Origin: Octopus bimaculoides
Taxonomy: Eukaryota
NCBI RefSeq assembly: GCF_001194135.2
Contig: NC_068987.1
Coordinates: 74,992,911 to 75,056,910, forward strand
Direction of reading: 5' to 3'
Length of the DNA: 64,000 nt
Of the stretch, positions 52,401-62,299 are shown in pieces. The stretch's first letter is position 1, and each line of letters begins with the position of its first letter. The position numbers were made by a program, and so were the translations under genes. The notes below the pieces were generated by a model that saw only the letters and a program-made list of their open reading frames with translations, was not told the origin of the DNA and made no database searches.

Positions 52401-55400
52401 TTTAATTTGGCAGTCTTGTATTTGGCCAATCAGCCAAGAGCTGATCTGTGCTGTGATTTACTTGAGGTCAAAACTCTTATCTCTAAATGACTGCGACTGT
52501 TTAGTAGCATGAAGTACTGCTGGGAAGTATGATATTTCTCTAAATAATGTTTGCAATGCAAAATTAGTAAATGATCCAGAGACTTGTAGTAGCACTGTGT
52601 TTACTTTCTCCCATGGGAAATGTTATTTGCCACCAAGTAACATGCTATCTAGAAGAAAATATGGNNNNNNNNNNNNNNNNNNNNNNNNNNNNNNNNNNNN
52701 NNNNNNNNNNNNNNNNNNNNNNNNNNNNNNNNNNNNNNNNNNNNNNNNNNNNNNNNNNNNNNNNNNNNNNNNNNNNNNNNNNNNNNNNNNNNNNNNNNNN
52801 NNNNNNNNNNNNNNNNNNNNNNNNNNNNNNNNNNNNNNNNNNNNNNNNNNNNNNNNNNNNNNNNNNNNNNNNNNNNNNNNNNNNNNNNNNNNNNNNNNNN
52901 NNNNNNNNNNNNNNNNNNNNNNNNNNNNNNNNNNNNNNNNNNNNNNNNNNNNNCGTATTTAATTTCCATAGCTTCGTTTTGCTTTTTTCTTTTTAAATTT
53001 GCTGTTTTACCCTAACCCTAACCCTATCACTGATAGAATTGTTTCAGAATCGTTTGTTTATGTAGTCGGCACTTAATGTATATCGGCTGAATGGACGTCA
53101 GTGATTGGTTGAAACTACAGAAATACGACAACTTTAACATGGAATAACTTAGGGATTTCTTTTTTTTTTAAGAAGACTAAGAGAAAAAGATGTTTTATAT
53201 GACACATTCTACCAGTGTTCCAAGTTTCAAAGTGTTTCGTTAATGAAAAATGTGGCCCCCGTTTTAAAAAAGATCTGAAAATATGTATCTCACCTGCTTT
53301 AAGCCTGAGAAATAGGAGATAAGCCCATGAAGGTCTATGAATGGAAAGAAAATATGTGACCTGTTACTTTCAATATGTTATCTATGAGTGAACTGAGTCT
53401 GACATTGCACAAGGGTGAGTAAGAAAGTTAAGCAATTTTTAATTGTATTACTTTTTGACTCTTGTATGTATGGGGGTGAACTGAAAAATAATGTAAACAA
53501 GCATCGCATTACTTTCTGACTGACCATTTTAATAATGTGCCTCTATCTAAATTGAATCTTAATGAATCTATGTATAAACTGTGTTCGACACTTCTGTGAA
53601 TAGCTGATGTTTCAGTGATTCACCCATAGGATATGAATAAAGAATAAAACCTTTGCACTTACTTCACGTTGAAGATATTCCATTTTAACCAGTAGGACAG
53701 TAGGTTGTCTGAAGTTGTCTGTTTTTAGAATGACTATTTCCTGTACAATACCATTTACTGATGTTACAGCTCTGTTGATGAAACTCTGCAGTGGAAATGA
53801 GACAATATGTGCTAAATGTCTGAAATATAACATTTTGACTTCTGTTTTGTTCCATCAAACCCATACAATATTTATCTATTGGAATTTTTTTCTCATTTTG
53901 CCAATTTACATATTATTATTATTTCAACCAAGCAGTGCCTTGGATGTGTGTACAGTGTTGATTTGATATATTGAGTCATCCCATAAATAATGTGTTTTTT
54001 TTTCAATTGCAGTGAGCTGGCAGAAACGCTAGCACGCCGGGCAAAATGCTTAGCGGTATTTTGTCTGCCACTGCGTTCTAAGTTCAAATTCCGCCGAGGT
54101 CGACTTTGCCTTTCATCCTTTCGGGGTCGATAAATTAAGTACCAGTTACGCACTGGGGTCGATATAATCGACTTAATCCGTTTGTCTGTTCTTGTTTGTC
54201 CCCTCTGTGTGTAGCCCCTTGTGGGCAGTAAAGAAATAGGTATTTTGTCTGTCATTATGTTCTGAGTTCAAATTCCGCCGAGGTCGTCTTTGCCTTTCCT
54301 CCTTCCTGGGTCAATGAATTAAGTACCAGTTGCGCACTGGGGTTGATCTAATTAACTGGTTTCCTCCCCACAATTTTCAGGCCTTGTGCCTAGAGTAGAA
54401 AAGAATTGCACGAACTAAAAGTCGGAGGGGGACAGGATGAACTAACTGCATCAACTTGTTATAAAAGCGGGTAACAATTTTACATTGTCCTTATTCTTAG
54501 AACAAGTTTTAAAAGTTTGATTTTAACAGTTATCTTTTCAAAGCTATAATGGAAGTGACAAAGGAGCATATTTGGCCATATTTTGCTTTATGAGTTCAAT
54601 AAAGGCAACAACTCAACAGAAAGTGTGAGGAACATTAATGAAATATATGGAGATCATATAATAAGTGTAAACCAGTTTGAATGGTGGTTCCTGAAATTCT
54701 GAGCCAGAAACTACAGCTTAGAAGATGAGCCTTGTCCTGGAAGAGCTGTGGAGCTCAATGAAGATGTCCTGCAAACCCTGGTGGGAACAGTTTGAATGGG
54801 AAACGATGCCCCACCCACCATATTCACCAGACATTGCCCCATCTGATTATCAATTTGGTGCTGGTCATCAAAATCATTTGGACAGAAAAAATATGAATTT
54901 TGTAGACAAGGTCAGAACAGTACTAATCGACTGGCACTCCCTCCCCCAAAATTTCGGGCCTCATGCCTAAGTAGAAAAGAATATTAACTTTATTCTAAGG
55001 TGGTGGGCTGGCAGAGTTATCAGCATGCCAGCTGAAATGCTTAACAGTAATTTATCTGTTTTTATGTTCTGAGTTCAAATTCTGCCAAGGTCAATAAATT
55101 AAGTACTAATTGAGCATTGGGGTCGATCTAACCAACTTAGCTCCTTCCCTGAAACTGCTGGCTTTGTGCCAAAATTTGAAATCAATATTAACTTTATTGA
55201 AGTAATATTTACTTTATTGAAGACAAGCTGGCCGAATTGTTAGCACACCAGGCAAAATACTTAGCAGTATTCTATCCATCTTTACGTTCTGAGTTTCAAT
55301 TCTGCTGAGGTTAACTTTGCCTTTCATCCTTTTGGTTTCGGTGCTGATAAAATAAGTATCAGTAGCACACTGGAGTTGATGTAACTAATTTATCCTTTTC

Positions 55401-58400
55401 CCTGAAATTACTGGCCTTGTAACAAAAAATTTGAAATCAATATCAACTTTATTCTAATTAAAAAACAAAAAAGAAGCAGAACTGCTGGAGTAAATTCTAG
55501 ATTTCAAGACACAGGTATCGTGGCCTGAAATAACCAATAATCAGTTCAATAATATTTTTAAAATTGAGTTCAGTCCAAAAATATTAGATCCATCTAATAA
55601 TTTAAATTTCTTCACCTGTGAATTGTAATCTTCTGGCCAGTTTGTGTAATGGATATCTGATTTGGCAATTAATAATATCAAGAAAAAAATACACTGTTTT
55701 TGGAAGTGGGATTCAAGGCATGGTAGAATGGAAGTTCTTGTACAAGTATTTTTTTTGCTTGAATGTTATCAGCATCATGGAATGGTGTTTAGTTTGTGTT
55801 TCATCCTTTCCAAGTCAATAAATAAGCATATGCTTCATCTTTTCTCCTTCTCCTCCTCTCTCTCTCTCTATATATTTATACACACCCATATGGATTGATG
55901 GATAGATAAATAGACAGATAACTAGATATAGCTAATATGTCTTTATATAAAAATAAGAGTGCAAAGTGTTTATATATCTGTATGATCATGAACACATGTA
56001 TGTGTATTTGTTAGTGTGTGTGTACGTACAGATATACAGGTATGTGTGATTAACTAACCTTTATCCAATATTTCTGTGAATGTACCTTGAACATGTCAAT
56101 TCCAAAAAGGTATGAGACTTCAATGAAATGGTCAAATGGAGGCAGTTCTAAGACACTAACTTCAGCCAAACTCAACAATTGTCCGAGATGGTTCACAAAT
56201 CGCTCTTTCAAAGGCAGAACATTACTGAAGATATGTTGGTCTAAAACCTGAAGGTATACAACATAGTCCATGGTACACATTGTTGGTATAGTTTAGAATA
56301 GAATATTACCAAAGATATGTTAAACTTTTATTCCTTTATTCATGTACTGGTTTCAGTCATTCGACTACAATCTTACTTGAATGCACCCTTCAAAGGTTTT
56401 TAATCCCACTGCGTGGCACCTCGGGCAAGTGTCTTCTACTATAGCCTTGAGCCGACCAAAGCCTTGTGAGTGGATTTGGTAGACGGAAACTGAAAGAAGT
56501 TCGTCGTATATATGTATGTATGTGTGTATATGTTTCTGTGACTGTCTTTGTCCCCCCAACATCGCTTGACAACTGATGCTGGTGTGTTTACGTCCCCGTA
56601 ACTTAGCGGTTCGACAAAAGAGACCGATATAATAAATACTAGGCTTACAAAGAATAAGTCCTGGGGTCGATTTGCTCGACTAAAGGCGGTGCTTCAGCAT
56701 GACCACAGTCAAATGACTGAAACAAGTAAAAAAGTACAAGAGACTATGTCCCACGAATGAACTATTTTGTATGTATAGTTAAGTAGGGGTTAACTTACTA
56801 AATCTTTAGAGTGAAAAGCATAAATAATAAATAAAATTACTGTCATAACGAAGAGAAAAATTGTCAATGCCAATGATAATTTTTGTGAAGAAAGGCAAGG
56901 GAGACAATTTTGATTGAATTTCTTACCTGAAATTTGAATAGGCTTGCCTTACTGTAAAGAGTAGCAACAACATCAGCATCAACATCATTGACTGCCGTCA
57001 TCACGTTAGTCGTCAACACATTCCTGGAAGAATCATACCTCAGTGGTGGATCATAATAATAATATCAAGGGCACTCAGAGAGTGCAAACCTCCACCAAAG
57101 CAACACCAACGTCCTCTCAACTATTAGCCAGAGATGATTTTTAAAAAGAGAATATCTGAAATAAACTTGATTGCTCTCACAAACAAGAATACTGAAAATG
57201 AAACCGATCGCTCTCAAAAATGAAGTTAAAAAACAGGAAAAATAATCCAGAATCCTTGTCCGGTGCCAGATCAATCCCAAAATCTAATCGGTTCGTGCCA
57301 GTTACGAGGCCAAACATCCCTGAAAGTTTCATCCAAATCCACCCAGCGGCTCTTGAGATATTTTGTCTACGGACAAACAAACAAACACTACTGAAAACAA
57401 TACCCCCGCCTGTGCTAAGGCGGAAGTAATAATGATCATCATCACTGTTATCACTAATGTTACTACCATCACCAGATAACTTTAATAATAATAATAATAA
57501 TAATAATANNNNNNNNNNNNNNNNNNNNNNNNNNNNNNNNNNNNNNNNNNNNNNNNNNNNNNNNNNNNNNNNNNNNNNNNNNNNNNNNNNNNNNNNNNNN
57601 NNNNNNNNNNNNNNNNNNNNNNNNNNNNNNNNNNNNNNNNNNNNNNNNNNNNNNNNNNNNNNNNNNNNNNNNNNNNNNNNNNNNNNNNNNNNNNNNNNNN
57701 NNNNNNNNNNNNNNNNNNNNNNNNNNNNNNNNNNNNNNNNNNNNNNNNNNNNNNNNNNNNNNNNNNNNNNNNNNNNNNNNNNNNNNNNNNNNNNNNNNNN
57801 NNNNNNNNNNNNNNNNNNNNNNNNNNNNNNNNNNNNNNNNNNNNNNNNNNNNNNNNNNNNNNNNNNNNNNNNNNNNNNNNNNNNNNNNNNNNNNNNNNNN
57901 NNNNNNNNNNNNNNNNNNNNNNNNNNNNNNNNNNNNNNNNNNNNNNNNNNNNNNNNNNNNNNNNNNNNNNNNNNNNNNNNNNNNNNNNNNNNNNNNNNNN
58001 NNNNNNNNNNNNNNNNNNNNNNNNNNNNNNNNNNNNNNNNNNNNNNNNNNNNNNNNNNNNNNNNNNNNNNNNNNNNNNNNNNNNNNNNNNNNNNNNNNNN
58101 NNNNNNNNNNNNNNNNNNNNNNNNNNNNNNNNNNNNNNNNNNNNNNNNNNNNNNNNNNNNNNNNNNNNNNNNNNNNNNNNNNNNNNNNNNNNNNNNNNNN
58201 NNNNNNNNNNNNNNNNNNNNNNNNNNNNNNNNNNNNNNNNNNNNNNNNNNNNNNNNNNNNNNNNNNNNNNNNNNNNNNNNNNNNNNNNNNNNNNNNNNNN
58301 NNNNNNNNNNNNNNNNNNNNNNNNNNNNNNNNNNNNNNNNNNNNNNNNNNNNNNNNNNNNNAGTGTTTATGTATGTGAGATAGAGGATCTTTCTGATTTG

Positions 58401-58514
58401 GCGGGCGCCATTATTTATGTTTTATTTAGTTTGTTTTCTACCGAAACACTTTAAAACTTCGTATACTTGTATATTTTGTCTTGGAGAGAGAGAGAGAGAG
58501 AGAAAGAGTAAGAG

Positions 58515-58552
<38 letters not shown>

Positions 58553-61500
58553 GGTGTGAAAAGATTAGAAGTTCAAGGTATCAAGTGTATAAGGAAGTGG
58601 ATGACAAGAATGGGAGAAAGGAGGTAGAAAAAGCCAATGTCTCAAGCAAGACAAAAGACAAACAAACCCTCCCAAACAGTGGAGTTCAGGTAAATATTGG
58701 TGGAATGGTATTACCTCAACTTGATCAGTCATCTCTTGACTAATATATTGACCATTTACCATTATCTCTGTTTCCTGATATACATTAGTGACCAGTCTGT
58801 CTCATTTTGTTTTCAAACATATTGTCGCTGGACGGCGGCGAGCTGGCAGAAACTTTAGCATGCCGGACGAAATGCTGAGCGGTATTTTGTCTGCCGTTAC
58901 GTTCTGAGTTCAAATTCCGCCGAGGTCGACTTTGCCTTTCATCATTTCGGACTCGATAAATTAAGTACCAGTTACGCACTGGGATCGATGTAATCGACTT
59001 AATCCCTTTGTCTGTCCTTGTTTGTCCCCTCTATGTTTAAGCCCCTTGTGAGCAATAAAGAAATAAGAAACGTTAGAACGCCGGGTGAAACGCTTAGCGG
59101 TACTTCGTCTGCCGCTACGTTCTGAGTTCCAATTCCGCCGAGGTCGACTTTGCCTTTCATCCTTTCGGGCCTTGTACCTAGAGTAGAAAAGACATATTGT
59201 CGCTGGGTATACATTTTTATATTTCCTTTTTAAAAGATGGTAGGGATATGATTTTAGAAAGATTTGGCAGCTATTTCTTCAAAGGCAGTGTGGTCATGTA
59301 TTGTTCTTTGGTGTAACATTCACATAGTAAATAAGTAAAGTAGACTTACCTGTAAGATTCCATGGCAATAGCGTGTTTCTGTAATACTACATTTACTATG
59401 ACAGACTGGGGGTACAATAAACCAATTTTGGCAGCAAAGAATGTCATGTGAAGAGAGCCTGAAAATAGATATATTGCAAAATCATTGTTGCTGCTGTTCA
59501 ACCCTAGGCTCTGACTGAACTGTCCAAAGGCATTCTGGCTTTGGCAGAATTTCTACTTCGTTTTGGTTATAGTGTACCTGGGACTTTTTGAAGATAGCCA
59601 AGAATTTTGGTTGCAATTTTGAGTCGTAATTCTATAAAGAGTCTCTCTTTGCCTCACAACCATGTAGACTCACTCACCGGCTAACAGTCACTTAGTGGCT
59701 CCCTCATTGGTTGGATTGCAACAAAGATGGAAGTAATGAGGTAATAAGTTGTGATGTCAGTAGTGTTATGTCCAAACACTATGAGTATTAAGATTCATCG
59801 AATAATTTTTAAAAAATCACCATAAATTCCGATATAATCGAAATCCACTTCATCAGAAACGTATTTGTTGAAAATTTCATTAAAATATATCCTCTTTTCT
59901 GGAAGTTATGAGGAAACAAAGTCGAGAGGACACACTTATGTAGGTATGCAAAAATTACTTTTGAGCCTCGTTTGATCCTTGCTTTTTCTAGGATACTAAA
60001 CGAAAATTTCATTAAAAGATATCTATTTTTCTAAAAGTTATGTGGAAACAAAGTTAGGGGGACACACTTGTGTAGGCATGCCATAATTTTTTTCAAGATA
60101 ATTGTGATCTACATTATCAGAAAACACGAGGAAACAAAGTCGAAATGCCTGAGATATCCGTCCACTATCAATTTTTTTTTTTTTGCACATTAAATTCCGG
60201 CTTAATCGCAATTTACACCATGTAAAAGGTATTTATAGAAAATTTTCTTAAAAACATCTATATTTCTGAAAGTTATGAGAAAACAAAGTTGAGGCAAGTG
60301 AATTATCTGCAACTCCCCTCCCTCTAACTCGCTTCCTCTGAAAAAGCTTTTGGCAACAAATTCCGATATAATCGTAATCTGCAACATCTGAAATGTATTT
60401 GTAGGTTACGTTTCATTAAAAATCATCCTTTTTTTTTTAAAGAAAAGTTATACAGAAACAAAAGTCAGGCGAAGGCACAGTTCTGTAGTTATGTCCTAAA
60501 TTTATTTACTGAGCGAGTAAGTACTATTAGACAAATAGGGATTGTTGGCACTCCGTCGCTTACGACGTCGAGGGTTCCAGTTGATCCGATCAACGGAACA
60601 GCCTGCTCGTGAAATTAACGTGCAAGTGGCTGAGCACTCCACAGACACGTGTACCCTTAACGTAGTTCTCAGGGATATTCAGCGTGACACAGTGTGACAA
60701 GGCTGACCCTTTGAATTACAGGCACAACAGAAACAGGAAGTAAGAGTGAGAGAAAGTTGTGGTGGAAGAGTACAGCAGGGTTCGCCACAATCCCCTGCCG
60801 GAGCCTCGTGGAACTTTAGGTGTTTTCACTCAATAAACACTCACAACGCCCGGTCTGTTCTGCCATCCACTTTAGCATGCTTTCTACAGCTGGATGCCCT
60901 TCCTAATGCCAACCACTTTAAAGACTGTACTGAGTGCTTTTTGCATGGCACCAGCAGCAGAGAAGCTGCCAAATGTCTTGTAACTTATTTAGCAACCTCA
61001 CTGCTACTGGTGCCACGTAAATTGCACTTCAGTACACTCTGTAAAGTAGTCGGTTTTAGGATGAGCATCCAGCTGTAGAAAAACAGGCAGCCAAGCTTGG
61101 TACAGTCTTCTGATTTGCTAGTTCCTGTCGAACTGTCCAACACATGCCAGCGTGGAAAAACGGACGTTAAATGATGATGATGATGATGATGGTGACATAT
61201 TTCTAATTTGTGTAAATTTTTTCTGAGTTCAAATTCCGCCGAGGTCGACTTTGCTTTTCATTCTTTCGGGTTCGATAAATTAAGTACCAGTTGCATACTG
61301 GGGTCGATCTAATTGACTGGCCCCACTCTCCAAAAATTTCGGGCCTTGTGCCAAGAGTAGAAAAGAATTTGTGAAAATTTTCTGTTACGTCTGATTTTCC
61401 TTTGTATCCCTTATTCGTGTAAATATCATTTAACAAGAAACAGAAAATCGCCCGGCGGGCAGTCTTTCTTCTAGTATAATGAATCTGGAAGGTCTTACCA

Positions 61501-62194
61501 AATGTTAGCATTGTGAAGCCGGATTTCCCAGCATTCCATTCAGAAGGGAAAAGATGTTGGATTGTTTTCCAGAGTCTGTCAAACCGTTTCTCTTCTGTTA
61601 CGATCTAAGTATGAAATAAGAGTCGATTGAGAATAATTAAGAGTTATAGGGATTTTGGTGGATTTTAGGGAGAGACATACATACGCTATTTTGGGAATAG
61701 AAACATAGGCCATATAGATAGAACAGACAGAGGGATTCATAAGCTTATGACAGTTTTAATTTTTTAATTTTTCCTTATTTCTTAATCCTTGACTTTGAAT
61801 TTTTAATATTTGATAAGATGGACGTACACATCGAAACCGGTAATATTTTTCATAAAGGTCACTTAATGTAACAAATACATATCCTGTCCAATTAAAGGAA
61901 AAAAGAAGCAAAAAAATCTTTAAGCAAACCTTCGTGCTGCTTCCACGTTATCTTTTTACCCCTTCTCTCTCTATGCATTTATATATATATATATATATAT
62001 ATATGTATTAGAAAAAAATAATAATCAGGTACTCATATGTTTGGATGGTTGTCTGGATGAGAGAAATTTCTCTCAAAATTTGATAAACCTACAAGACTAG
62101 GTGAAAGCGCTAATTTATAAAACATGTGACATGAATAAAAATCTGTAAATATACAACCATCCAGACATCTGAGTAATCACCTCCAAACCTTCCA

Positions 62195-62235
<41 letters not shown>

Positions 62236-62259
62236 TATGTATAGATTGTTTAAGTATGT

Positions 62260-62299
<40 letters not shown>

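Noticed and set aside
53010-53027. ccctaaccctaaccct telomere-like motif
   Set aside because: Only about two units, inside a dispersed repeat.
55616-55656. Possible gene 2 exon ISITQTGQKITIH
   Set aside because: 56059 joins 53785 in frame through a better acceptor; not required.
852-58361. Long ORFs filled with X (e.g. 660-1441, 28357-28910, 32571-34089, 48640-49250, 52571-52996, 57457-58383)
   Set aside because: They span N gaps (852-1227, 28503-28821, 33113-33933, 48745-49059, 52665-52953, 57509-58361); artefacts.
58715-58774. Possible gene 2 exon ETEIMVNGQYISQEMTDQVE
   Set aside because: Wrong phase for its neighbours, poor acceptor, and not needed: 59350 joins 57023 in frame.
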